Shown here: piece after piece, positions 18,690 to 27,175 of the stretch
Position numbering within the stretch: position 1 is the stretch's first letter
Layout: every line of letters begins with the position of its first letter
DNA from: an uncultured Methanosarcinales archaeon
GTDB lineage: Archaea; Nanobdellota; Nanobdellia; Woesearchaeales; GW2011-AR9
Assembly: GCA_964343575.1 (NCBI GenBank)
Contig: CAYFJV010000001.1
Span: 91,402 to 155,401, forward strand
Direction: 5' to 3'
DNA length: 64,000 nt
The notes under the pieces: model-generated
What the model was told of the DNA's origin: nothing
Database searches by the model: none
What the model saw: only the letters and a program-made list of their open reading frames with translations
Made by a program: the position numbers and the translations under genes

Positions 18690-19271
18690 TTACTGCTCAA
18701 AGAAACTGTTCTCATTAGCAAAGCTCATTGCTTGCTCAAATACTTCTTTGATTGCGGGAAAGCCCTCAAAGTATTTCTCTTTCTTTCTTCTCACAAACTC
18801 CTCTGACCAACCTTTCCAATCCTCTTTGTAATCTAATTCGTGTAAGAAAGGATCAAGCTTGTCAATAGCGTTAGCAAATTTTGCTTCTGGTGTTTTGTTC
18901 TCTTCATACTCTTGGAAGAGTGAATAGAATTTTTCTTTGAGAGTATCTGGGATCTCCCCTTTGAGCTTTTCTGCAGCAAGTGCTTCTTTTTCTTGTTTGC
19001 TTAGTTTTGTTTCTTTATCTTGTTTTGAGATACAAACATCGTCAGTTTCAATCTCCACTAGATCATGATACATAAGAAGCTCGTAGACTTTTAGTCTGTC
19101 AAGATTTTTGTTCTCTTCTAAGTTAAGAAAATAATCTGCAAGAAGAAGGCAACTCCAGGAATGTTCTGCTGGGCTTTCCTTTCTTTTGTCTGTTTTGTTT
19201 CTGGTTTTTACAGAGTTTGCTCTCTCAATGTTCTTAAGTTGATAGATTTTTCGAAGTTTAGAAAGTTGCAT
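18690..19271 (-). CDS. HD-domain phosphohydrolase (YfbR-like 5'-deoxynucleotidase family)
   Basis: 193 aa with ESPAEHSWSCLLLADYF and LMYHDLVEIETDDV (H...HD...D metal ligands), typical of the YfbR-type HD fold. Confidence 0.7.
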   Translation of the reverse strand: MQLSKLRKIYQLKNIERANSVKTRNKTDKRKESPAEHSWSCLLLADYFLNLEENKNLDRLKVYELLMYHDLVEIETDDVCISKQDKETKLSKQEKEALAAEKLKGEIPDTLKEKFYSLFQEYEENKTPEAKFANAIDKLDPFLHELDYKEDWKGWSEEFVRRKKEKYFEGFPAIKEVFEQAMSFANENSFFEQ

Positions 19272-19306
19272 TTTTCTAAGGTGGGTGGAAAGACAAAGAG
19301 AAAAAG

Positions 19307-19594
19307 TTACATCATATCTTTGAGTACTTCTGAAGCATACCTTGCCTGGTCCTTAACTCCAATTTCTTCAAGTCTTGTTCCTGCCTTTGTTTCTATTCCC
19401 TCATAAACTGTTCGGATTGGAACAACAAGAACTCTTCTATCTCCTTCATAGACCCCGAGAGAATCTCCTACGAAAATGCCGCCATCCTGGTCTGCTGAAC
19501 GATCAAATCTTCCCAAAACATGTACTAAGCTTCCCTTAGCGTATGATCTTCCATCCTGTTCTCCTCTGAATTCTAATTTTGAGTCTAATACCAT
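19307..19594 (-). CDS. hypothetical protein
   Basis: 95-aa ORF with ordinary composition, sitting in a coding-dense same-strand run. No motif recognised. Confidence 0.4.
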   Translation of the reverse strand: MVLDSKLEFRGEQDGRSYAKGSLVHVLGRFDRSADQDGGIFVGDSLGVYEGDRRVLVVPIRTVYEGIETKAGTRLEEIGVKDQARYASEVLKDMM

Positions 19595-19670
19595 AAAGTC
19601 ACCTGTATTTTAGTAAACTTCTTCTTCTTTGTTTCTTTATTTTAAAAATACTTCCCTAGAAATTGGTGTT

Positions 19671-19913
19671 TTATTGCCTTTCTTCAGGAAGTGCTTCAAA
19701 CTCTTTTCTTTTACTTTTCATCCACTCTTTCATGGCTTGTGAATCTTTCATAAGTTCTGTCATCTCTTGCATTGCTTGAAGATGTGCTGGATCCTGTTTT
19801 TGATGCATTTCTTTTCCATGCTCATGACTTAATTGGGCCACTTCTTCAAAAGTTTTGGCATGGAATTCTAAGTCACAAGCGCCACCTAGTTGTCTGCAAG
19901 TCATAATCTTCAT
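19671..19913 (-). CDS. DUF1059-family small protein
   Basis: 80 aa. MKIMTCRQLGGACDLEFHAKTFEEVAQLSHEHGKEMH matches the DUF1059 pattern (C-x-x-x-G-x-x-C-D...H...H). An AGGTGA SD lies about 8 nt upstream. Confidence 0.65.
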   Translation of the reverse strand: MKIMTCRQLGGACDLEFHAKTFEEVAQLSHEHGKEMHQKQDPAHLQAMQEMTELMKDSQAMKEWMKSKRKEFEALPEERQ

Positions 19914-20010
19914 CGCTGGTCACCTGTTATCTTGATAGTTTATGAAAAGAAGCATAATTTATATGGTTTCTGTTGGTTTTGGCCTAAAGTAAACAAAGTT
20001 ATAGAAAAAG

Positions 20011-20128
20011 TGCGGGGAAAGGGATTTGAACCCTTGAACCTACTAAAGGACAGGATATCATATGCCCATTCAAAAATGGGCTGTCCATCTTAAGTCCTGC
20101 GCATTTGACCAAACTTTGCTATCCCCGC
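20011..20128 (-). tRNA. tRNA-Leu(UAA): tRNA-Leu (anticodon UAA) with a 32-nt intron at the canonical 37/38 position
   Basis: Reverse complement: GCGGGGA-TA-GCA..TGC-G-CAGGA-CT-TAA-G-[ATGGACAGCCCATTTTTGAATGGGCATATGAT]-A-TCCTG, then long variable arm TCCTTTAGTAGGTTC, T arm AAGGG-TTCAAAT-CCCTT, TCCCCGC, and discriminator A. The intron is about 20057-20088 (junction ambiguous by 1 nt). No CCA is encoded. CTTTTT follows the 3' end. Confidence 0.88.
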
Positions 20129-20156
20129 AGGAACGTTAACGATGACCTAAGAATTA

Positions 20157-20164
20157 TTTATAAA
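20157..20164 (-). promoter_or_regulatory. TATA box (TTTATAAA) upstream of tRNA-Leu
   Basis: The palindromic TTTATAAA lies 29-36 nt upstream of the mature 5' end of the minus-strand tRNA-Leu, consistent with archaeal TATA spacing plus a short leader. Confidence 0.5.
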
Positions 20165-20172
20165 TCTTCTGA

Positions 20173-21513
20173 CTACTTTGAGGCGACAGAAAACATCCGG
20201 TAACTATCTCCGTTATCATTATACCCAATGTCATCCAGGAGACCTAGTGTCCCCCTAAAGAAGGTCCTTGTTGCATCTTTTATTTCGGAACCAAGTTTTC
20301 CCATGGTTGTTTTGTTTTTTAGAACTCTTCCGGCTAGGCTTCTAACATCTCTAACTGGATCCTGGCTGGCTCCCGCCCTTGATGCGAGTTGTAGGTACTT
20401 AATCGCTGCAATGGCCTGTGTTGTGACTTCAGCGGCTGCATATTCTTCTCTTGCCATTATCCTGTCTGTTACATCTCTCCCCCTGAAGTATTCCCTCTCT
20501 TTTCTTTTAATGAATTCTGCTCTGTCCATTTCTTGGTCCTCATAAGCCTTCTCAAGGAGAAGGAATCTCTTTAGTAATGGTGGGAAATATTCTTGATTCC
20601 CAAGTATTCTATCGCAGCCAAGTTCATATATAGTAAGGGCTGCTGCCAGGTCACCAACCAAATCTCCCGGACCAGCAGTCTCTAGATCAATTACTCTTCC
20701 TGGTCCCTTTCCTCTTCCTCTTGGGAAGACATGGGCTGGATTAAGATCATTGTGGGCAAACACCTCTCGTGTTCTTAAGACTGCTCCTGCTTCCCATAGC
20801 TCTCGAACTCTTGTGTCTAATTGCACTCCTCTTTGTCTTAAAAATTCTTCAACTCTGTCTTCTGTATAGTCAACGTCCTTAAAACATTCTGGGTGCGCCT
20901 TGTATGTGAGAAGGGCAAGGTTGCTTTGAAGTAATTCTCTTTGTACCTCTTGAAGTAACCTTATATCTGTGTCTCTTCCACCTAAAATTTCTTCTCTCTT
21001 TGCAGTACAGTTTCCAACAATATAAGCAACAGTATCAACTAAGCCACATAAGTGTCGATATTCTCTCGGAGATCCCCTCTCTTCACCAATAATTATCTTT
21101 GCGTAGTTGTCCCCCTTGAACCACCCTATAACTGCTGAGAGAATAGCATCATCTTTTCCATAGAGGCGAGGAACTAAATCAGCTCTAACTGCTTTAGAAA
21201 TACCTGCTAGCGTGAGTGTTTCTCCTCTCCACATCCTTGCTGGATCGAACCAAGCAGAAGCCATTGTGCTGGGTGAATGTACTAAACCAAAATATCTCTT
21301 GATTGCTGCCTCTTCAGTGCGCCTTCTTCCACTTCCTCCCTTTTCACGAAGAACTACATGTGCTACTTGGCTATGATTTGATGGGGGAAGAATCTCTACA
21401 ACTTTAGAAACAGCGTACCTTTGCCCGCCGCCATGAACTGTTTTGTTCAGAGCTGCGTTGCCAGTTTCAATCCACTTTTGCTCCGAGTCCCAACCAGAAC
21501 TTGTATCGCTCAT
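20173..21513 (-). CDS. phosphotransferase/kinase-like protein (APH/choline-kinase fold)
   Basis: 446 aa. FAHNDLNPAHVFP...GRVIDLETAGPGDLVGDLA matches the H-x-D-x-x-x-x-N catalytic loop and the I-D-x-E metal-binding motif of the APH/ChoK family. Substrate unknown. Confidence 0.55.
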   Translation of the reverse strand: MSDTSSGWDSEQKWIETGNAALNKTVHGGGQRYAVSKVVEILPPSNHSQVAHVVLREKGGSGRRRTEEAAIKRYFGLVHSPSTMASAWFDPARMWRGETLTLAGISKAVRADLVPRLYGKDDAILSAVIGWFKGDNYAKIIIGEERGSPREYRHLCGLVDTVAYIVGNCTAKREEILGGRDTDIRLLQEVQRELLQSNLALLTYKAHPECFKDVDYTEDRVEEFLRQRGVQLDTRVRELWEAGAVLRTREVFAHNDLNPAHVFPRGRGKGPGRVIDLETAGPGDLVGDLAAALTIYELGCDRILGNQEYFPPLLKRFLLLEKAYEDQEMDRAEFIKRKEREYFRGRDVTDRIMAREEYAAAEVTTQAIAAIKYLQLASRAGASQDPVRDVRSLAGRVLKNKTTMGKLGSEIKDATRTFFRGTLGLLDDIGYNDNGDSYRMFSVASK

Positions 21514-21534
21514 ATTTCTTCTTTCTCGTCTATG

Positions 21535-21549
21535 TATTTAAAAAGCTTT
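21535..21549 (-). promoter_or_regulatory. BRE/TATA promoter (AAAGCTTTTTAAATA) for the 20173-21513 gene
   Basis: On the minus strand the sequence reads AAAGCTTTTTAAATA and ends 22 nt upstream of the ATG at 21513. It is the same AAGCTT+TATA word seen at other starts in this window and implies a leaderless or very short-leader mRNA. Confidence 0.5.
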
Positions 21550-21574
21550 CCAACTTTTCACCATTGACGAATGG

Positions 21575-22531
21575 TTAATAAAGGGTGTAGGTTACCCTAC
21601 CAAGGTTATGGATTGAAACAATCATTCTCTGCAACCGGTTAATGGCCCTGTTCATATGCTTAACTGTTTGTATATCTTTCTCGAATTTGAAGAGCCCTTC
21701 TTCTAGAGAAATCTTTGTGTCTGAAAGACCAAGGGCAGCATTCATATCTTTGTTGTACACAGTTTTCATCGTGTCAAGGTAATATTTTTCAATCTCAAGG
21801 AAAAGTTGTTCAAATTCTTTCTCTTTTTTCTTAGTTAACTTCATCTGCCTCGCAAACCTAGCAGTTCTCCTTGCTTCATCTGCAATTGCCTCTATGTAGA
21901 ATGCGATAAGGTGTAATCTCATAAGTTCTTTGCTGTGAAATCCAAAGTTTTTCATAGCCTTCATAGGGTTTTCCAAGTTGTAAAGCACTGACCTATAGAG
22001 AAGAAAATAGAGTCTGTTTACATCTTTGTCTCTTTCGTTAAGATTGTCATAATTCTCCTCTTTGAAGATGGCTCTAGCTTCTTTGATCATGGTTCTAGTA
22101 ACTACATCCATCTTACGGATAAGTTCGTTTGGAGAGACTTTATCCATGTTGAGAAAATCTTTTGCGACAATGTAATCGGTGCTTTGCTCCATAACCTCAA
22201 GGGCCATAAGATTTTGAATGATTCCTTGTAGCTCCCGAACTTTCCCTCTAATTTCCTTTCCTTTAAAAGTAATTTTTCTGAAATTGAGAATGTAAGCTGA
22301 ACAAACCTCTCTTGCAATCCATTCTTTTGTTTTCCCATCTACATTGATAACTGTTTCTTTCTCTTCATTTTCCTTTCCCGCATTTTCTTTAGAGCTGAGC
22401 AGAAGATTTGGGCCACTTTCCTCAAGGTATACGAGATCCCCCTTCTCAATCTTATTCTTCCTAATCCAAGCTTTAGGAAGGGAGATGACGAAACTACTTT
22501 TTCCAAAAGAAATTAATTTTCTATATTCCAT
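21575..22531 (-). CDS. AbrB/SpoVT-type DNA-binding domain fused to PhoU-like domains (phosphate-uptake-regulator-like)
   Basis: 318 aa. The N-terminus RKLISFGKSSFVISLPKAWIRKNKIEKGDLVYLEE is a SpoVT/AbrB swapped hairpin. The remainder is helical repeats (RDKDVNRLYFLLYR..., IEAIADEARRTARFA) typical of archaeal PhoU homologs. Confidence 0.65.
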   Translation of the reverse strand: MEYRKLISFGKSSFVISLPKAWIRKNKIEKGDLVYLEESGPNLLLSSKENAGKENEEKETVINVDGKTKEWIAREVCSAYILNFRKITFKGKEIRGKVRELQGIIQNLMALEVMEQSTDYIVAKDFLNMDKVSPNELIRKMDVVTRTMIKEARAIFKEENYDNLNERDKDVNRLYFLLYRSVLYNLENPMKAMKNFGFHSKELMRLHLIAFYIEAIADEARRTARFARQMKLTKKKEKEFEQLFLEIEKYYLDTMKTVYNKDMNAALGLSDTKISLEEGLFKFEKDIQTVKHMNRAINRLQRMIVSIHNLGRVTYTLY

Positions 22532-22844
22532 CTTATTCTTTCACTTTTGGTATTTTCTTATATTTTATTCTTTGATTTTCGAAATAGTTCCGGATAAGTA
22601 TATGTTTCAGATACCGGGATATATGTTATTGGGGCAAGGTATTTATATTTAAATGTTTTGTAACTTTTTGTTAAGAGGTAGTGCTGCGGTGCAGTATTGC
22701 TTTTCCACGGGGGTGGTTTACATGTTTGAAGAAGAAGATAGGGATGATCTTGTTTGGTTAAAGCAAATGGGGCCAATCCTGAGGAAAAAGACTCGGCTTT
22801 AGTTTGATCTTGACCTTGCTGGTCAAAATAGGGGGTGAAGAGTT

Positions 22845-23039
22845 ATGTCCATGAAAAAATTATTTGGTTTGGATTCTTTACCTTTAACGGATTGCGAGCT
22901 GATGGGAAAGTTGACAGAGGCTAGGCGCAGAAAACAAGAGCAATTGGAGTTTCAGACGGCTCGGGGGAAGGTGGTGATAAATATCACAAGTCTTCGACCT
23001 GATGGTTTGATGCAGGGCTCTTATCGAATGTACAAGTAG
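22845..23039 (+). CDS. small hypothetical protein
   Basis: 64-aa ORF preceded by GGGGGTGA about 6 nt upstream (SD-like). No motif recognised. Confidence 0.35.
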   Translation: MSMKKLFGLDSLPLTDCELMGKLTEARRRKQEQLEFQTARGKVVINITSLRPDGLMQGSYRMYK

Positions 23040-23172
23040 TGAGTATGAAAGAGATGATCATTGTAGAACACTTCGTATCTGTTAAAGAGAAGGATTCTCT
23101 TTGGAAGAAATGGAAAAAGCTTTTTCAGGCTAAATAGAAAAGTCTTTAAAGGTTTTTTTCTTTTTCTTTTCT

Positions 23173-24039
23173 ATGTATTTAGATTATTTTAGGGAGAGTT
23201 TTCTCTCTCTTTTCTCCTTGCTTAAGAAGAAAAGGACTTTGGTTCTCATCTTGGTTTTTTTACAGCTCTTTATGCTAAGTCTTACTTCTTATCTTTTTGT
23301 CTCTTCGCAGCTAGCTGTTTTTGATGCTCTTGCAGAGGCCAACGATCCTCTTGTGCAGTTAGGGGACATTGATACTGATGATCCTGGTGCGTCACTTGAC
23401 CAGCTTTTGTTGCAGTCAGCAGCTTTGCAAAGTACTTATCATGCTCTTTTGGAAAAACTTTTGTTGTTTGGCTTTTGGTCATTGCTTGCCTTTCTTAGTG
23501 TAGAAGCTCTTCTTTGGCTTTTCTCTCATGAATTGGTTCATGGTGGGTCCTCTTGGTTAACAATATCTGGTTGGAAACTTCGAATGAAGAAATATTGGGT
23601 TTGGTACCAGAAGTATCTTGCAAGCGTTTTTCTTTTGTTGTTTCCTTTCTTCTTGTTTAGTTATATCTTCTTTGTAAATTTTATTGATATTGATTTAGCG
23701 CAGTTTGCGAGTGCTGCTAGAGTGTTCTTGATTTTAGTGCTTCTTTTGTTCTACTTGCTTTTGGTAGCCTTTTCTTCTCTTTCAATAAAGTCTTGGAAGG
23801 GTTTTGTTTTGCGAGTTTTTGTAGTGGGTATTAAGAAAATTCATTATGCATTGCCTTTATTGCTTGTTTGTGTTGCTCTTTTTGCAGGAGCAGCTTATCT
23901 TTTGTACTGGAGTACTTTGATTTTACTTAATTTTCCACTTATGCTTTTGAGTGCTTTTCTTTTGTTCTTTGTTTTGGTTGCAGCTCGGGTACTGTTTATC
24001 ATTGGTGTAGAAAAAATAGCAAGGATGGCTTCTGATTAG
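23173..24039 (+). CDS. polytopic membrane protein of unknown function
   Basis: 288 aa with about 6 hydrophobic helices (LVLILVFLQLFMLSLTSYLFV, FLLLFPFFLFSYIFFVNF, VFLILVLLLFYLLLVAF and others). Confidence 0.55.
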   Translation: MYLDYFRESFLSLFSLLKKKRTLVLILVFLQLFMLSLTSYLFVSSQLAVFDALAEANDPLVQLGDIDTDDPGASLDQLLLQSAALQSTYHALLEKLLLFGFWSLLAFLSVEALLWLFSHELVHGGSSWLTISGWKLRMKKYWVWYQKYLASVFLLLFPFFLFSYIFFVNFIDIDLAQFASAARVFLILVLLLFYLLLVAFSSLSIKSWKGFVLRVFVVGIKKIHYALPLLLVCVALFAGAAYLLYWSTLILLNFPLMLLSAFLLFFVLVAARVLFIIGVEKIARMASD

Positions 24040-24041
24040 CT

Positions 24042-24464
24042 GTGGTTGGTAATGAGATGATGGTAGCAGCAAGAAAAGAAATTATCATTGATACAAACGC
24101 CTTTCTGGCTCTTTCTCATTTTGGTTTAGATATTTTTACTGCGCTAGATGATGCTTGTGATTTTGCTTATGACTTGTTTGTTTTTGAGGGAACGGTAGCT
24201 GAGCTTGAGAAGTTGATTGTTAGGGAGAAGGGAAAGGAAAAGGCGGCAGCTAAACTTGGTTTACAGGTTTTGCGTAGGAAAGTTTTAGATGGCAAGCTTG
24301 TGCTGCTTGATGATATTGATTCTAAACTTTCTGTTGATGACAATTTGGTGCTTGCTTCTTGTGATGGAAAGTTGGTCTTGACCCAGGATAAGGAATTGAA
24401 AGGACGTTTGTCTAGGCCTTATCTTACTATTCGACAGAAAAAGAAGGTTATTTTGCTACAATAG
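24042..24464 (+). CDS. PIN-domain protein (Fcf1/Utp24-like archaeal type)
   Basis: EIIIDTNAFLAL near the N-terminus (first acidic PIN residue), then VFEGTVAELEKL and DDNLVLASCDGKLVLTQDKELKGRL. The track start is GTG 24042; ATG 24057 or 24060 are alternatives. Confidence 0.6.
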   Translation: MVGNEMMVAARKEIIIDTNAFLALSHFGLDIFTALDDACDFAYDLFVFEGTVAELEKLIVREKGKEKAAAKLGLQVLRRKVLDGKLVLLDDIDSKLSVDDNLVLASCDGKLVLTQDKELKGRLSRPYLTIRQKKKVILLQ

Positions 24465-24506
24465 GTCTGTTTTGTTGTTTCTTTTTTCAGAAAGTATATA
24501 AAGTTC

Positions 24507-25364
24507 TTGTCTATTGCTTTTTTTATGGATGTTTATGCTGATTTGAAGCAAATGGGTCAAAGATTGACTTCTCCTGTCTATCAAGTTGATTTGCCTCTAG
24601 GGGGCCCATTCTCCCTTCATTTAGAAAGAACATTGGAAGGGGAGGCACACTGTCTTGTCTTTGACCGTTCCTTTGATGTATACAGAGTTCCCCTTTCTCC
24701 ACGTGGTGATTCATTGGAATCTGGTTGTCCTCTTCGTGAATTGTTCTTATCTTCTCTCACTAGTCAAGAATCCGGTGCTGTGACTCCTGGCCTTCAACAG
24801 ATTACAGAAGAGAGACTTCGTGAATTGGCAGATGACCTTGATGCCTTAGCTCTTCGCTATGCTTCTAGAAGAAGAGATTTTGAAATTGTTTCAAGGATTG
24901 GTGGAATATTTTCTTATGTGGTCCCTGCTAGGTTTGGTTCTGTTCAGGGAGGGGTAGATAGGTTAGATTCCCTCTTGCATTATGAAGGAAGAACAGAAGA
25001 AGAAATGAGAAGAGTTGTTGAAAAGGCAGCAGCCCAGTGTCTTGCTTGGCCCCTTCTTAAAGATGAAGCTAGAAAAATGCACGGTGCCTTGGATGGAGAC
25101 ATCAAATTTAAGGAGAAATCTCTGGGGGATTCAAGAGAAGAACTTGTGGCATTTAGCTTCTTGCAACAATTGGCTGGTTTTTACAAACTTCTTGCTCAAG
25201 CTACAAAAACTCCTGAAGCTGCAGCTGAATTACTTAACAAAGTTGTTGACTTTTATGTTGCTAAGCATGGAAGAAACCCAGATCTAGAAGTTGGCTCAAG
25301 GTTCTTTCGTGAGGGCAGATTTTACACTGGTCTTGCTGTTAGGGTTGATGCTGTGGCAAAATGA
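24507..25364 (+). CDS. hypothetical protein
   Basis: 285-aa ORF with normal composition and no motif recognised. The track start is TTG; ATG 24525 is an alternative. Confidence 0.45.
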   Translation: MSIAFFMDVYADLKQMGQRLTSPVYQVDLPLGGPFSLHLERTLEGEAHCLVFDRSFDVYRVPLSPRGDSLESGCPLRELFLSSLTSQESGAVTPGLQQITEERLRELADDLDALALRYASRRRDFEIVSRIGGIFSYVVPARFGSVQGGVDRLDSLLHYEGRTEEEMRRVVEKAAAQCLAWPLLKDEARKMHGALDGDIKFKEKSLGDSREELVAFSFLQQLAGFYKLLAQATKTPEAAAELLNKVVDFYVAKHGRNPDLEVGSRFFREGRFYTGLAVRVDAVAK

Positions 25365-25460
25365 TTAGTGGTTTGTTTGAGCACAAGCTTTTTATAGCAT
25401 TCTTCTTCTGGTTTTCTTGAGCCATTTTGATTGATTGGTGAAATTAGTGAGGTTGAAATT

Positions 25461-25976
25461 ATGAACTTACTCAAAGACGTTCCTGCTGGAACCCCAGAAA
25501 AAATGAACTTAATTATTGAGATTCCAAAAGGATCTAACATTAAATTTGAATATGATAAAGAGCGTAACATGTTTGCTGTTGATCGTGTAATGTACAGCAG
25601 CTTTAGTTACCCAGCTGATTATGGTTTTATTCCACAAACCCATTGTGATGATGGTGACCCACTTGATGGTTTCTTATTCATTGATCAGCCAACGTATCCT
25701 GGAATTTTAGTTCCTGCTCGAGCTGTTGGCATGGTTGAAATGATTGATGGTGGTGAGCAAGATAACAAACTGATTTGTGTTGCAGCTAAAGATCCAAACT
25801 ACACTCATGTTAAAGATTTGAAAGATCTTCCAGAGTTCTTTGTGAAGAAAGTAAAACACTTCTTAGAGCACTACAAGGATCTTAAGGGCGGTAAGGTAGA
25901 AATTGCTGGGATTAAGGGTGCCGATGCTGCTCGCGCTGAATTTAGTAAATCAGTTGAAGCGTATAAGAAGTTGTAG
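25461..25976 (+). CDS. ppa: inorganic pyrophosphatase, family I
   Basis: IIEIPKGSNIKFEYDKE...VDRVMYSSFSYPADYGFIPQTHCDDGDPLDGFLF...IDGGEQDNKLI carries the family-I PPase signature D-x-D-P-x-D and the Y-P-x-x-Y-G motif. ATG 25461 is preferred. Confidence 0.9.
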   Translation: MNLLKDVPAGTPEKMNLIIEIPKGSNIKFEYDKERNMFAVDRVMYSSFSYPADYGFIPQTHCDDGDPLDGFLFIDQPTYPGILVPARAVGMVEMIDGGEQDNKLICVAAKDPNYTHVKDLKDLPEFFVKKVKHFLEHYKDLKGGKVEIAGIKGADAARAEFSKSVEAYKKL

Positions 25977-26007
25977 GCTGATTGCTTTATTTTTTGTTCA
26001 TTCTTTA

Positions 26008-26157
26008 TTAAAATTCTTCCAAATAGAGTTCAGTGGCTTCTTTAAGGTTTTTGAGTGCTTCCTCTTTACTATCTCCTTGGCTTGTAATTCCAAGCTCAGG
26101 ACAGATAGAGATATACATGTCTTCTTCTTTTTTGATAACTGTGGTGGAATTAGCCAT
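26008..26157 (-). CDS. hicB: small HicB-like antitoxin (49 aa; below the ORF-track length cutoff)
   Basis: My own translation of the minus strand gives MANSTTVIKKEEDMYISICPELGITSQGDSKEEALKNLKEATELYLEEF*. This matches the HicB/UPF0150 pattern (hydrophobic strand, P-E/D-L-G, then E-E-A-L-x-N-L-x-E-A). The ATG lies 2 nt after the hicA stop. Confidence 0.6.
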   Translation of the reverse strand: MANSTTVIKKEEDMYISICPELGITSQGDSKEEALKNLKEATELYLEEF

Positions 26158-26159
26158 TT

Positions 26160-26390
26160 CTATTTTGTGTGTCTCATAAACTCTTCTCTTGTTATTCTCA
26201 GATCTTTCTTGATTATTTTATTGAGAAGGCCTGGACCGATTTTCTCTCCAGCATGGTGTGGAATGGTGGTTCTTCTTCCATCTGGGTGTTTGTACATCAT
26301 ATGGCTTCCCGTAGTGTGGCTGTGAAAGAATCCTAATTTTTCCACAACCTTAGCCACTTGCTTCCCAGAAAGTCTGGGTAATTTTGCCAA
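26160..26390 (-). CDS. hicA: HicA-family mRNA interferase toxin
   Basis: 76 aa. LSGKQVAKVVEKLGFFHSHTTGSHMMYKHPDGRRTTIPHHAGEKIGPGLLNKIIKKD matches HicA (G-F...G-S-H...P-x-H). Confidence 0.85.
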   Translation of the reverse strand: MAKLPRLSGKQVAKVVEKLGFFHSHTTGSHMMYKHPDGRRTTIPHHAGEKIGPGLLNKIIKKDLRITREEFMRHTK

Positions 26391-26393
26391 AAG

Positions 26394-26654
26394 TTATACC
26401 TCAAGTTTTTGTACTTTAACAAATTCTTGAATTCTTCTTGAAGGGTTTTTTTCTTCTCCAAGATAAGCTTGGATAGCCTCCTTGGTTCTTTCTATCAGTT
26501 GGTCCATTGTTTTAGCTTGAGTATGGCAGCCAGGAAGTTCAACTACTTCAGAAACGAACCATCCTTCCTCGTCTTTTTGAATGATAGCTGTGTATGTTGC
26601 CATCTCCTTGAAGAATGGATTTTTATATTTAAAGCTAGTGCTGTGTTTTGTCAT
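26394..26654 (-). CDS. hicB: HicB-like antitoxin (UPF0150 fold)
   Basis: MATYTAIIQKDEEGWFVSEVVELPGCHTQAKTMDQLIERTKEAIQAYL is a typical HicB N-domain. The stop lies 3 nt before the hicA start. The true start is probably ATG 26603 (MATYT...). Confidence 0.7.
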   Translation of the reverse strand: MTKHSTSFKYKNPFFKEMATYTAIIQKDEEGWFVSEVVELPGCHTQAKTMDQLIERTKEAIQAYLGEEKNPSRRIQEFVKVQKLEV

Positions 26655-26740
26655 AACTGGTAGCTGAACTGTTCTTTTAAGTAAGTTGTCTCTATAGAAA
26701 CTATTGGGGTATTGAGAATTTATGTTATTAATTATTCACC

Positions 26741-27175
26741 TTATCTTCCTTTTTTTCCCTTTCCTTTTGTTAACTTCTTGAGCATTTCCTTAATCTCTTC
26801 AAGATCGTGTTGCACATCCTGAATTTCCCGCTCAGCTTTCTGGTTGACCATGAAATCGTAATGCGCCTCTGCTCGATCACGCTGCGCCTGTCGATTCTGC
26901 GCCATCAAAATGATTGGAGCTTGCAGCGCTGCTAGACAAGAGAGTGTAAGGTTGAGAAGGATGAACGGAAAGGGATCAAATGCTTTGTTACTTGTAAGAA
27001 TAATGGTGTTAATGATCATCCAAACAATAATGAAAGCTATGAAACTTAGGATAAATGCCCAACTTCCACCAAATGCTGCAATTTTATCTGAAGCTCTTTG
27101 TCCATAGCTGAGTTTTTGTTTGTAGGGAAGACTGTAGGTGAGTCTTCGCTTTGTTTTCTTGGCTTTAGCTGGCAT
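26741..27175 (-). CDS. DUF1003-family membrane protein
   Basis: 144 aa. GSWAFILSFIAFIIVWMIINT...FDPFPFILLNLTLSCLAALQAPIILMAQNRQAQRDR is the DUF1003 hallmark. Confidence 0.75.
   Translation of the reverse strand: MPAKAKKTKRRLTYSLPYKQKLSYGQRASDKIAAFGGSWAFILSFIAFIIVWMIINTIILTSNKAFDPFPFILLNLTLSCLAALQAPIILMAQNRQAQRDRAEAHYDFMVNQKAEREIQDVQHDLEEIKEMLKKLTKGKGKKGR

Noticed and set aside
9009-20128. Region between tRNA-Thr and tRNA-Leu as an integrated mobile element or genomic island
   Set aside because: No integrase, transposase or viral-type gene was seen, and I could not find a direct repeat of either tRNA 3' end. The accessory flavour of the genes is noted, but no mobile-element claim is supported.
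25903-26325. 140-aa plus-strand ORF overlapping the ppa 3' end and the hic locus
   Set aside because: It overlaps three well-supported genes (ppa, the small hicB and hicA), mostly in antisense. Its product is hydrophobic, low-information sequence.
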